Program-made: the position numbers and the translations under genes
The notes under the pieces: generated by a model
What the model was told of the DNA's origin: nothing
Databases searched by the model: none
What the model saw: only the letters and a program-made list of their open reading frames with translations
In this document: positions 50,753 through 59,656 of the stretch, in pieces
Layout of the letters: every line of letters begins with the position of its first letter
Position numbering within the stretch: position 1 is the first letter of the stretch
From: a virus
Virus record (IMG/VR): IMGVR_UViG_3300030103_004875
Direction: 5' to 3' (one strand)
DNA: 64,000 nt

Positions 50753-50809
50753 GGACCCGAAATATGTTATTGGATCACCTCCTGCTCTTGAGTATCCGTA
50801 GGTCCATTA
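50718..50809 (-). ncRNA. Candidate sRNA B displaying a 14-nt complement of the 16S rRNA 3' end
   Basis: AATATATA box at 50811-50818; closing stem AUGGACC/GGUCCAU; AGGAGGUGAUCCAA at 50783-50770; terminator. Confidence 0.55.
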
Positions 50810-50816
50810 GTATATA

Positions 50817-51149
50817 TTATTTTTTAGCAACGAAACGGAAATTTTTGTGGTGTTTTCTTTTTCCAGACATAACTTCATATAGAGCAGACTTGGTTAAATT
50901 GTGATCTCGGCAAAATTCTAAAACATTTTCTATCTCAAAAACCTCCCCTTCTCGCTCAAAAACAAGTATTCTTCGCTCTGGGATTTTTTCTAAAGTCTCC
51001 CATTGAAAATATCTTCCCGTTTTATGAAATTCTCCACCATAAGTCTTACAGAAGTTATTCCTGTGAAAATTTGCACGAGAATCCTCGTTAACTTTCACCC
51101 ATGTTCTAGTATTTTTTTTATTTACATTTTTTGGATTGTAATCTGACAT
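50817..51149 (-). CDS. Hypothetical protein with HTH/NUMOD-like C-terminus
   Basis: FCRDHNL.KSALY.V..GKRKHHK pattern. Confidence 0.55.
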   Translation of the reverse strand: MSDYNPKNVNKKNTRTWVKVNEDSRANFHRNNFCKTYGGEFHKTGRYFQWETLEKIPERRILVFEREGEVFEIENVLEFCRDHNLTKSALYEVMSGKRKHHKNFRFVAKK

Positions 51150-51151
51150 TA

Positions 51152-51958
51152 TTATTCTAATCCATTTTTATATGGGGGTTTGTTTTCTTTTACTCTTTCG
51201 TATCTAGGTTTTCCCCATCGATCATACCATTTTTTAACAATTTTTTCTATAGGTTCGTTTGTGCATGGGGAATAGTACACACCTCTTTTTTTGCCATGAT
51301 TCATGGACGATTTAATTCCCTTTGCTTTATTGTACGCTGCAATCCTTCTCATTCTGGGATTACTTCCTGCGCCAAATCGAGAGGACGGAATCTCCACGTG
51401 GTTATTTCTCATCCAATCGAGCATTTCATGGTATTGTTTGTCCGAAATGTGCTCATGTCCATATCCCTTTGTGTAACCAAGGAACTTATAGACTCGATTA
51501 TACTGAACACCTTTACCATTTATGGAAGTTGTCACAATTCCCTTAAGTTCGTCACCATAATGATTTCTATATTGTTCGGAAACAGTTCTTGATGTTGCAA
51601 GCATGGCAATCAATTTACCTATGTTCCAATACCAAGAAATAGGTTGTAGTCCAACACATGTGGATAAATCAACATAATTTCTAAGCACTGTTCCTTTTTC
51701 TGATGGATCCTTTGGAAAGTTCAGGTAATCATCTCGAACACCAAGATTAATAACGGGACTAGAAATACCCATAACACCAATTAATGCTTCATCATGCCAC
51801 ACAGCGTACCCGAATTTTCTTCCGGGTGCAGGCCGAGTTGTTGCTTTACTTGTGTGCTTAAGAATATCGTAGAGATCGGAAACTGGAATTTTTGATATTG
51901 TTATTTGGTTGGGATCAATCTCTAGCACATCTTGAGTATATGTGATTTGATTAACCAA
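51152..51958 (-). CDS. DUF4338/DruA-like protein
   Basis: IG...I.SP...L..RD, C...QP....GKLIA.LA.S, TTS..GK..QYNR and LGYTKG.G motifs. Confidence 0.7.
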   Translation of the reverse strand: MVNQITYTQDVLEIDPNQITISKIPVSDLYDILKHTSKATTRPAPGRKFGYAVWHDEALIGVMGISSPVINLGVRDDYLNFPKDPSEKGTVLRNYVDLSTCVGLQPISWYWNIGKLIAMLATSRTVSEQYRNHYGDELKGIVTTSINGKGVQYNRVYKFLGYTKGYGHEHISDKQYHEMLDWMRNNHVEIPSSRFGAGSNPRMRRIAAYNKAKGIKSSMNHGKKRGVYYSPCTNEPIEKIVKKWYDRWGKPRYERVKENKPPYKNGLE

Positions 51959-52616
51959 TGTGATCTTTCCAGAATTTTTTTGTTGTCTCTACTAAGGGTT
52001 TTACCCATTTGGAAGGAGTTCCGCCAAACACCTGAGTTTCACCAGTTTCGCAAGAGACTAGTATTTTAAACTTGTCTATTTTTTTCCCAGTCATATCTTC
52101 CCAGAGAAGACAGTATGCAGTTGCTTGCATCATGTAGTTATCTACGTGTTTATTTTGTTTTTCTCTTGTGGAACCTTTGAAGTCTATGACACATAATTCA
52201 CCATCATACTCTGCAACACAATCAACTCTTCCTGCTAGTCCTATCTTCGAACTATACAAGGGAACTTCGAGGGCCACTATATTGTCGATCTTGTCGAGTT
52301 CTGGTTTCAGTTGAAGGAATAGATCACACTCAAGGGGAGGAATTTCTGATAGAACCAATTTCTTGTTGTTGAGATAATCTTCTATTACTGAGTGCAACTT
52401 GTTGCCGCGTCGGGTAACTCTTTTGGCTTCTTTGGGGTTTTTTGCACGCCACTTGGCGAAAAATTGTTTTTTATCCCACCCGGTAACGGTAGTAACACTG
52501 GGTAATTTTTTATTGTTCTCGCCCAAATAATAACGACCTTCCTCTGTGGTTTCAGAGGATAAGTCGTTAAAGGTGAACTCGGATTCTATGTGGGTAAATT
52601 TCTTTTGCACAAACAT
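51951..52616 (-). CDS. Cas4-like PD-(D/E)xK exonuclease (phage type)
   Basis: PSVTTV, RG..H...E.YL, AGRVDC.AEYDGEL..IDFK.S, Q..AY. Confidence 0.85.
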   Translation of the reverse strand: MFVQKKFTHIESEFTFNDLSSETTEEGRYYLGENNKKLPSVTTVTGWDKKQFFAKWRAKNPKEAKRVTRRGNKLHSVIEDYLNNKKLVLSEIPPLECDLFLQLKPELDKIDNIVALEVPLYSSKIGLAGRVDCVAEYDGELCVIDFKGSTREKQNKHVDNYMMQATAYCLLWEDMTGKKIDKFKILVSCETGETQVFGGTPSKWVKPLVETTKKFWKDHIG

Positions 52617-52645
52617 AATATACCATAATTTATTCGAAAGTCAAC

Positions 52646-53296
52646 TCAGTATGCGTCCCCGCCAACTGTTCTAGGATTAAATCTTGCAGCCTTTGTCTTC
52701 ATAATTTTTACTTTATCTTTAGGCATTTCTGGTGTTGATGCACCAACACCCTTGTGTAGATCACCGGGAACTGCGTGTGCTGTTACTTGACACGATCGCA
52801 TAGCCTCTGACATTATTTTGTCATAGTTGTTTTCCACGAACTCTTGAATTTCCTCTGGTGTCAGTCTCTTACCAAGAGAATCTTCCAATTCTTCAATGAG
52901 TTTATACGAAACAAATTCCGCTGCCTTTTCGAGTTGCAGTTCACCTGAGTGTGTTTTCGTCGATTCTTGGGGTTCTTCTCTACCACCAGCGACCATAGCA
53001 CTGACACCTTTGACTGCTTTTTTCGCAACCCCTCGGGCGGCTTTAGACGCAACTGCTCTTGCTGCCATTCCGGCAAGTGGTGCCAACATTGGAATTTCAT
53101 CAAGTTGTTCCTGCTCTCCATTTATGTTACCAGTGACCTCGCCGATCGCTTCCATGAGAGTCTTGGAGTTTGACTCAGCGGGAATTGTATGTCGAAGTCT
53201 GGTTTGTTCATCATCAGTGAGATTACCATCATCGAGACGTTTCATTTGTTGATCTTGTAACTGACGAAGCCACTGCTGGTGTGCGTTCTGAGTCAT
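52646..53296 (-). CDS. Hypothetical protein, candidate internal head protein
   Basis: QLDE-IPMLAPLAGMAARA site followed by an amphipathic segment. Confidence 0.6.
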   Translation of the reverse strand: MTQNAHQQWLRQLQDQQMKRLDDGNLTDDEQTRLRHTIPAESNSKTLMEAIGEVTGNINGEQEQLDEIPMLAPLAGMAARAVASKAARGVAKKAVKGVSAMVAGGREEPQESTKTHSGELQLEKAAEFVSYKLIEELEDSLGKRLTPEEIQEFVENNYDKIMSEAMRSCQVTAHAVPGDLHKGVGASTPEMPKDKVKIMKTKAARFNPRTVGGDAY

Positions 53297-53754
53297 TGGT
53301 AGTTATTCCTTATATCTTGTATCTCATCCACGAGATCTTTATGTGAGTCATTTTTAATTTCTATATTTTCGAAGCCTGGTGTCATTCTTATAATCTTTTC
53401 ATTTATGGCAGCATCATTTTGAATGGCAACTAATGAATATGCATTTTCATAGTCTATAGTAAGTTCCTCATCTTTATTGATATCTGTATTGGAAAGTGCG
53501 TAGATATCCTCTCCCATAAACTGTAAATTCATATTTGGTTTAGAAGAATGATTCGTCAATCGACAGAAATCCGTGCGGTCAAATGATTTGTATTCATTTA
53601 TATCGGTATGTTTAAGAAAAAGAAATACAATTTCATTCTCATTAATTTCTGTCGATGCAAATGAACCAGTTCCTTGGATGGATGATTCAGCAAAATAGTG
53701 CCTCGTATCCAACCTTCCGGTATTTTCTGTGATAAATCTTCTGAATGACTTCAT
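53293..53754 (-). CDS. SET-domain methyltransferase
   Basis: S.IQG.G.FA...I, R.TNHS..PN and EELTIDY motifs; begins MKSFRRFITE. Confidence 0.85.
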   Translation of the reverse strand: MKSFRRFITENTGRLDTRHYFAESSIQGTGSFASTEINENEIVFLFLKHTDINEYKSFDRTDFCRLTNHSSKPNMNLQFMGEDIYALSNTDINKDEELTIDYENAYSLVAIQNDAAINEKIIRMTPGFENIEIKNDSHKDLVDEIQDIRNNYQ

Positions 53755-53769
53755 AAAAATATGTATAAT

Positions 53770-54060
53770 TCAACCGGACCAGCGTCTACCAGTATCTCCC
53801 TTATCCAGACCATCTCTTAGCCTTGCAGGTAACCCCGGTTTCATTCTACTCATGAGTTCGTTCCATCGCCCACCTGTTGCGTTGTTTGCTGTAAGATTGG
53901 AATCCGCGGCAAGGGAAGGAAATCCCCCTACTGTTTTCTTTACTTTCTTTTTGTTACATTTGGGACAAGGTTCTTTGGTAGGCTTTTCCATGTTGCTCAT
54001 GGATAAATTCTCTTCAAAGTGGTAATCACACGCTTCACACATATAATCATATATCGGCAT
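53770..54060 (-). CDS. FmdB-family zinc-ribbon protein
   Basis: MPIYDY.CEAC...FE....CPKC; GAGGAG SD before ATG 54060. Confidence 0.85.
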   Translation of the reverse strand: MPIYDYMCEACDYHFEENLSMSNMEKPTKEPCPKCNKKKVKKTVGGFPSLAADSNLTANNATGGRWNELMSRMKPGLPARLRDGLDKGDTGRRWSG

Positions 54061-54099
54061 AACAATCTCCTCTACAGATATATATTCGGGAATAAAAAT

Positions 54100-55239
54100 A
54101 TGAAACCATTTAAAAATTTTCTGATCGAACAAAAAGACAAGCCAAAAGTAGAAACCACCGGGCATTTGGCTCATGCGGGTGATTTTCTCTATTACGGAGA
54201 TCCTGATCACGCTATTCATCATCACGAGAAAATGTTTGACCGTTTACACAATAATACAGAGGATCCAGAGCATCCGATGTCGTTAAAAGTTGACGGTGGT
54301 ATGAGTTTTCTCATGGGCAAGGACGAGGAAGGTAAGCCTTTCGTGTCTTACAAGTCTGCTAAACAACGATTCTATAGTGCGAAGGACATTCTTGCAACAG
54401 GAAAACCACACTATGAAAAACTTCTGATCCCTGCACTATACTCCACTATGAAGATGAAATCTATGCCTGCCGGTACTGCAATTCAAGCCGATCATCTTTA
54501 TGATGAGAAGCCAGGAACAGACAACTTCACCTCAAATACTATTCCATATTCAACACCATCTAGTTCTGCTTCGTTTGGTTTTGCACCACACTCACAATAT
54601 GATGTTCGTGGTAAAGATTTAATCAAGACATCCAATGAGCCAGATCACTCACATTTAAAGTCAGATCAAGTATTTGCACCGAAACTTACATTCGGGGGTA
54701 AAAAATTCAATCCTATGGACGATGAGACTGTTTCTGATATCCAAACTAAAATGGGAACTGCGAGAGCAATATTAAATGATCAAGGACTTCGAAACTTTGC
54801 ATCAACTCTCCCCGACGATAAGAAATTTCATGCAGCATTACAGGGTTATTCCAATCACGTTGCGAGAACATCTGGAGTGAGATCTACGGATGATCTGACT
54901 AAACATGTGGGTACGCATGTTGCACGGAGAAAGGTTAGCGATAGACTGAAGCAGAAAGAATTAGAATCTCATATGCAAAAAATTGAAGACAATAGAGAAC
55001 ATTTTGATTCGCTTTTTTCCGCACATAATAACTTAACCGACGTAAAACATCATATGACGCGACACCTTCGAAACCATCATGATTCCTTTGATATTCGTCC
55101 TCATAAAGATGATGATCACGAAGGAATTGTTGCAACTTCAAATTCAACAGGGACAACTGCTAAATTTGTCCCAGAGGGACCAGATGGGTTTGCTGCAAAG
55201 AATGCTGCTAGATCAGCAGAACTTAGAAAGAAGAAGTAA
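54100..55239 (+). CDS. Conserved T4-like protein (DUF6267-like, ligase-like K.DG...HEG.V motifs)
   Basis: Begins MKPFKNFLIE; HL.H..D, KVDG, HEGIV, KFV...F...N. Confidence 0.6.
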   Translation: MKPFKNFLIEQKDKPKVETTGHLAHAGDFLYYGDPDHAIHHHEKMFDRLHNNTEDPEHPMSLKVDGGMSFLMGKDEEGKPFVSYKSAKQRFYSAKDILATGKPHYEKLLIPALYSTMKMKSMPAGTAIQADHLYDEKPGTDNFTSNTIPYSTPSSSASFGFAPHSQYDVRGKDLIKTSNEPDHSHLKSDQVFAPKLTFGGKKFNPMDDETVSDIQTKMGTARAILNDQGLRNFASTLPDDKKFHAALQGYSNHVARTSGVRSTDDLTKHVGTHVARRKVSDRLKQKELESHMQKIEDNREHFDSLFSAHNNLTDVKHHMTRHLRNHHDSFDIRPHKDDDHEGIVATSNSTGTTAKFVPEGPDGFAAKNAARSAELRKKK

Positions 55240-55744
55240 ACCATCTCTTCCACGATTTGAGAAGGGTCTCCGACATTCTGTTTCTATGAAGTTCTAGCCA
55301 TCTAGGCCTCTTCGGTTTTACACTGAGAGGCATATTACACTCTTGGGGCTTTTTGTTACCTTTGCGGGTGTTGCATTTTGCACATGCAGTAGCCAGATTC
55401 GTCCACGAGGAATCTCCTCCTCGTGATCTGGGTGTGACATGATCTATTGTCAGGTTACACCCTCTTTTGGAGTGATATCCGCAGTACTGACATGTCCACT
55501 TGTCCCGAATGAATATATTTCTTCGAGTCGGGAGTGACTGCTGATGTGGAATGCAAACATATGTCAACAGCATAATTGCTTTCGGTAAGTTGAAAGAACC
55601 TTTTGTTGTTTTTATTTCATAAGAGTCATCATATGCAGTGGGTTTTATTGCTTTTCCGGATAGAAGTAAACATATTGCTTTTCTCCAGTCAACTACGTTG
55701 AGCACTTCTTCGGATGCGTTGAGCAAAAGAACCTGTCGTTGCAT
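55223..55744 (-). CDS. HNH endonuclease
   Basis: VLLLNAS, RD...CQYCG, LTIDHV.PRSRGG...W.N...AC..CN..K. Confidence 0.9.
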   Translation of the reverse strand: MQRQVLLLNASEEVLNVVDWRKAICLLLSGKAIKPTAYDDSYEIKTTKGSFNLPKAIMLLTYVCIPHQQSLPTRRNIFIRDKWTCQYCGYHSKRGCNLTIDHVTPRSRGGDSSWTNLATACAKCNTRKGNKKPQECNMPLSVKPKRPRWLELHRNRMSETLLKSWKRWFTSSF

Positions 55745-55756
55745 GTGATCTCCTAG

Positions 55757-55784
55757 AAAAAACCATGCGACAGTCGCATGGTTT
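55757..55784 (-). terminator. Intrinsic terminator
   Basis: aaaccatgcgac-N-gtcgcatggttt inverted repeat with a U-tract on the - strand. Confidence 0.75.
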
Positions 55785-55816
55785 GATTAAAACGAGTTTT
55801 GTGTTGTTGTGCGAAA

Positions 55817-56119
55817 TCAAAATAAACCGTAAACCTTACATGTTCCTCCGGTTACGAGGGTAGATCCACTGACAAATATATCACCATCTCCTACCGCCGA
55901 TATTGGAAGAATTTCTGCTTCCCCCGGATTGAGGATCGCCGAAGAAATAACAGCAGTGACCCCCGTGGACATGGATATAACACTAACTCCGGCTGTTTCT
56001 TGTTTGCATAAAAATGCCCTAAACTTTTTACTCGGTATTTCAAAAGTTCCACTGCTGGTAAATGAAGCCACCAGTTCCGCGTCTTTGTAATATTCTCTTC
56101 CACCTGCTGGTGTGGCCAT
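55817..56119 (-). CDS. Small hypothetical protein, paralogue 1
   Basis: MATPAGGREYYKDA; GAGGT SD. Confidence 0.65.
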   Translation of the reverse strand: MATPAGGREYYKDAELVASFTSSGTFEIPSKKFRAFLCKQETAGVSVISMSTGVTAVISSAILNPGEAEILPISAVGDGDIFVSGSTLVTGGTCKVYGLF

Positions 56120-56131
56120 ATTTCACCTACC

Positions 56132-56386
56132 TCAATACAATGCATAATACGTTGAATTTGTATCTGTATTATGTTTAATTTGTTTAGGGACAAGAGGCAC
56201 TATTTGATCGGCGGCCGCAGAAATAACTATTTCGGTTCCGCTCGGAAACTTATAAGTGACTGCATCAGTGTCTTTATGTAATATTCCCTTCACTCTTCCT
56301 TTGGGTAAATCCATAAAATCGTCGTCGAGCGCAATCGGCTGTGCGTCCGTGTAGTATTCTCTTCCACCTGCTGTTGTTATTGCCAT
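56132..56386 (-). CDS. Small hypothetical protein, paralogue 2
   Basis: MAITTAGGREYYTDA; GGAGG SD. Confidence 0.65.
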   Translation of the reverse strand: MAITTAGGREYYTDAQPIALDDDFMDLPKGRVKGILHKDTDAVTYKFPSGTEIVISAAADQIVPLVPKQIKHNTDTNSTYYALY

Positions 56387-56410
56387 GTCTCGTCCTCCCT
56401 ATGGCTAAAA

Positions 56411-56836
56411 TTAGTTGGTTTCTTCTTTAGGTTTCTGTGCTTTGATCTGATCTTTGACTTTCTTTTTCAAAGCAGATTGACTTGTGCCTATTCTACGAAG
56501 CATCTTTTGGTACTCTTCTCTGCTGATCTCTCTCATCTTTACTTCTTCATCAACTTTTCTTTTTTCTTTTTTTTCTCTTTTTTTGTCTTCTTCTGCTTTT
56601 CTCTTCGCACCAAACTTCAGAGTAGCTCCACCTTCTTCGCGTGACTTCTCACAGATAGCAGCAGCCTCTTTCTCGCTCATGGACTTCCCCTCTTTACGAG
56701 CCTCTGCTTTCACTTTAGAGATGCAGTCATGAAAGGTATCATCTGCTTGACCTGGCTCTTCTTTTGGACTGAAGTGCTTTGGTCCTTTTTCTTCTCGTAA
56801 TTTAATTTTGTTTAGAAATATTTTAAAGGGATCCAT
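56411..56836 (-). CDS. Highly charged protein
   Basis: MDPFKIFL N-terminus; FHDC..KV...A.AIC motif. Confidence 0.6.
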   Translation of the reverse strand: MDPFKIFLNKIKLREEKGPKHFSPKEEPGQADDTFHDCISKVKAEARKEGKSMSEKEAAAICEKSREEGGATLKFGAKRKAEEDKKREKKEKRKVDEEVKMREISREEYQKMLRRIGTSQSALKKKVKDQIKAQKPKEETN

Positions 56837-56850
56837 GAAAATTTCCTGTT

Positions 56851-56976
56851 CTAGTTTGTATATTTAACAATTGTTGATGTTTTTGGTTGTTTTACTTGCA
56901 ATCCAGTGGTTGTCCTCACAATTTTGTGTGGATTATTAAAACTGGATCGAATTACAATCTTATTCTTTTCGGTCAT
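56851..56976 (-). CDS. 41-aa basic peptide, not in the ORF track
   Basis: Read manually: MTEKNKIVIRSSFNNPHKIVRTT...; ATGA overlap with the upstream stop. Confidence 0.45.
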   Translation of the reverse strand: MTEKNKIVIRSSFNNPHKIVRTTTGLQVKQPKTSTIVKYTN

Positions 56977-57434
56977 TTAGTTACTTCCGGTTCTACTTCA
57001 AATCTACCTTGCAGTATGCGTGTTACTTCGTTTCCCTCGATTAGTTCTAAATCATAAAGATGTCTTCCGGTTGGAATATGTGACATTGATACTGCATCTA
57101 CATCTATGAAAATTCCACCAGTGTTACTCCCAGATCCTCCGGTAAAACTTGCGTTTAAGAGTATTCCACCAGTTCCCCGAACACCATCTAGACTTGAACC
57201 CACCACTCCGGGGGTATAGAACCCAGTTGATCCTCCTCCTGTAACAGCAGGTGCTGTGAATCCTGATCCGGTCAAGAAAAGGAGAATGCCTGAGTTATTT
57301 GAATTCCTGCGAACCTGCATTTCGGCTCTGTGGGAAAACAAATCAATTGCGGTAGAACCAGCAGTTTGATACTCAACAAACAACTTGAAGGTTGAACCTT
57401 GATCTGCTATGATGTCATAGCGACCTGATATCAT
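56973..57434 (-). CDS. Virion structural protein (BppU-N-like DQG.TF domain)
   Basis: YDI..DQGSTF, A.MQVR, G...YDLEL....VTRILQG.F.V.PEVT. Confidence 0.7.
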   Translation of the reverse strand: MISGRYDIIADQGSTFKLFVEYQTAGSTAIDLFSHRAEMQVRRNSNNSGILLFLTGSGFTAPAVTGGGSTGFYTPGVVGSSLDGVRGTGGILLNASFTGGSGSNTGGIFIDVDAVSMSHIPTGRHLYDLELIEGNEVTRILQGRFEVEPEVTK

Positions 57435-58450
57435 TATGGTGAAACTCTATCTACATGATACCATGTCACTTTAACTCCACCGGCGGATCCGGCTTGACCA
57501 CGGGTGACTCCTGAAGTCTCAAACCCAGATATATTCATGTTTGCGGTGACTCCTCCACCACCACCAAAGCCCCAGCCAACTACGTCTGTGAAACTTTGTG
57601 ATAATCCTTCTCTTGGTTCTCCCGTTCCTCGTGGGTTTCCGGTTGCTCCACCATTACCTGCTAAGGCGAGGTAGACTTTACCCCTGTCATCGAGGCCTCT
57701 GAAGTAAACGGGACTAGGAACACCACCTGCTCCACCTAAAGTGAATCCGCCGACATTAGAGGTGACACCACCTGCTCCACCTTCAGTTACTGTAACTTCT
57801 GTGAAGTATGTTGCAGCGGGGTTGGCACTCCATGCTCCGGTTCCGCCAGTTGCCGCTATGTCCTTAGGCATAGTGTTTCCTACCGAACCGGGAAATATTC
57901 TACCAACAATATCACCGTGAGGACTGTCAACTTCGATTGTTGTTCCGTGGGTAAAGTGCATTTCGTTTGGGAATCTAAATCTAATTTCTAGATCATCACT
58001 TCCACTAATATCAACTGCTCTGTTAAATTTGTAAACCAAGTGAGCATAAGCACCAGCACCTCCACCACCCGCGGCGGCCGTTGGCTGCTTATCTTGTGCA
58101 GTCCCCACTAAAACTTCACCACCAGATGCACCGTTAGATATAACTTCAACTCGAACCCTGTTATAGTCTTTGGTTCCGCGGCCTGGCTTGACCGGAGTAG
58201 GCACCGTGCCACCACTAAGTCCGGCAGCGTTACTGTAGTTAAAAACATATTCAACTTCTTGTGGGATATCATATGCATCTTCGTTATACATCATGAATTC
58301 CATCTCTTGAATTTGTTGTTCGCTTAACACAAAACCATTATTAGGGTTAACCCAACCATTTCGTGTTGAGTCCCAATAGTGGGCCTGACCCTCAATTATT
58401 TTCTGTGCTCCATTGTGATAGTGCATTGATTTTCTCCGGATAGTACCCAA
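57434..58450 (-). CDS. Glycine-rich virion/fibre protein; start uncertain
   Basis: GGGGAGAY, GG.GG and G.AGSAGGV motifs typical of Gly-rich tail domains. Confidence 0.6.
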   Translation of the reverse strand: MGTIRRKSMHYHNGAQKIIEGQAHYWDSTRNGWVNPNNGFVLSEQQIQEMEFMMYNEDAYDIPQEVEYVFNYSNAAGLSGGTVPTPVKPGRGTKDYNRVRVEVISNGASGGEVLVGTAQDKQPTAAAGGGGAGAYAHLVYKFNRAVDISGSDDLEIRFRFPNEMHFTHGTTIEVDSPHGDIVGRIFPGSVGNTMPKDIAATGGTGAWSANPAATYFTEVTVTEGGAGGVTSNVGGFTLGGAGGVPSPVYFRGLDDRGKVYLALAGNGGATGNPRGTGEPREGLSQSFTDVVGWGFGGGGGVTANMNISGFETSGVTRGQAGSAGGVKVTWYHVDRVSP

Positions 58451-58496
58451 TATATATCATTTTCATATATAAGGGGAACCCGAGGGATATCAAACT

Positions 58497-59210
58497 ATGA
58501 ATAACGATCCATTTAAAGTTTTTTTACAAAAACAAAGAGATAATCAAGAAATAAATGAAATTGCCGCACTCGGTCGTTTGGCTGCTCCTGCTGCCAGACT
58601 TCTTGCGAAAGGTAAGCCCGCTCCAAGGGTAGTTGGTAAATCTGCTCTGCCCGGTGCTGGTAGATTGGGAGCCACCCGTTCCGCCATAGAGAGATCAATG
58701 AGATCGGACCGCCTCCCCAAGGGAGAAAAAACAGCAATGCTTGCTCGCGGGATTGATCCCGGAGGTAAGACAAAAGAAATGCCCGGTAGGGCGGGCCGCG
58801 TTGCTAAAGCAGCAGCATTAGCAAAGAGAAAGGACCGACCGATTCGTTCCGCAATTGGTTCCGTAGCTTCTGGATTGAAAAAAGGAGTGCAGGCCATCGA
58901 TACTCCACGGAATCGAGAACTTGCAAATAAAGCGGTTAAAGGTGTTGCAGCATTCGCCAAGAAGGGTGGATTCTCATCTGGATTCAACCAACTATACAAG
59001 GATGACATTACAACTGGCTATAGACAAGCAGGTGGTGCTCTCGGCGGTGGACTGAATCGCCTCGTTGGAGTCGGTACAAAGGCCGGAGATCAAGCCGAGA
59101 TAGACAGAAAACGTGGGGAATCTAGTAGATCTCCGAGAGATCCATTTGCAGGACTTACACCAACCGAGAAAAGAAACGCGATGAGGTATGGTGCCGCTTC
59201 GGGTGGCTAA
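58497..59210 (+). CDS. Basic Ala/Gly/Arg-rich candidate internal head protein
   Basis: DPFKVFL...EINE N-terminus; CATATATA box at 58464-58471. Confidence 0.65.
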   Translation: MNNDPFKVFLQKQRDNQEINEIAALGRLAAPAARLLAKGKPAPRVVGKSALPGAGRLGATRSAIERSMRSDRLPKGEKTAMLARGIDPGGKTKEMPGRAGRVAKAAALAKRKDRPIRSAIGSVASGLKKGVQAIDTPRNRELANKAVKGVAAFAKKGGFSSGFNQLYKDDITTGYRQAGGALGGGLNRLVGVGTKAGDQAEIDRKRGESSRSPRDPFAGLTPTEKRNAMRYGAASGG

Positions 59211-59245
59211 TTCATATATAACAAGTAACCCTTAAGGAAACTAAC

Positions 59246-59590
59246 ATGTCAGACAATAATCCACAAAAAACACTTTGCGAAGCAGCAATGGAAGTTAGAC
59301 TCGGCAAGAATGTAGTATACAGTGACAAAGATGCAACTACTGAACCAGTAGAAGAGGTTGTCGAAGAGACAGCAGACGCATCCGAAGGTGTTGTCTACGA
59401 ATATCTTTCGTCTTACTTCGGCGTTGATCTCAATGAGTCGATCGATGAGATCACAGAAGAGCAACTCGAAGAAGCAGTCGAATCACTTAACGTCCTCTGT
59501 GCAGCAGTCAATGAATACTTCGAAATTGAAGAGAACATGTACCTTGCTCCAAAGGGCAAAGGTAAAAAAGCCGCTAAGAAGATGTACTGA
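59246..59590 (+). CDS. Acidic protein with basic tail
   Basis: CATATATA box at 59213-59220; AAGGA SD. Confidence 0.65.
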   Translation: MSDNNPQKTLCEAAMEVRLGKNVVYSDKDATTEPVEEVVEETADASEGVVYEYLSSYFGVDLNESIDEITEEQLEEAVESLNVLCAAVNEYFEIEENMYLAPKGKGKKAAKKMY

Positions 59591-59656
59591 ATAAGCAGAG
59601 CAGGTGTCACGGTGTTTTTGATAAACACCCCAGAGCCTTTTCTCTGCGCCCTCAAC

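Noticed and set aside
50770-50783. 16S rRNA gene fragment or assembly contamination
   Set aside because: Only the terminal 14 nt match, and the flanks are phage promoter and terminator elements rather than rRNA or ITS sequence. Kept as an sRNA candidate instead.
51951-52616. CRISPR-Cas locus
   Set aside because: Solo Cas4-like exonucleases are common in T4-like phages; no repeat-spacer array or other cas genes seen.
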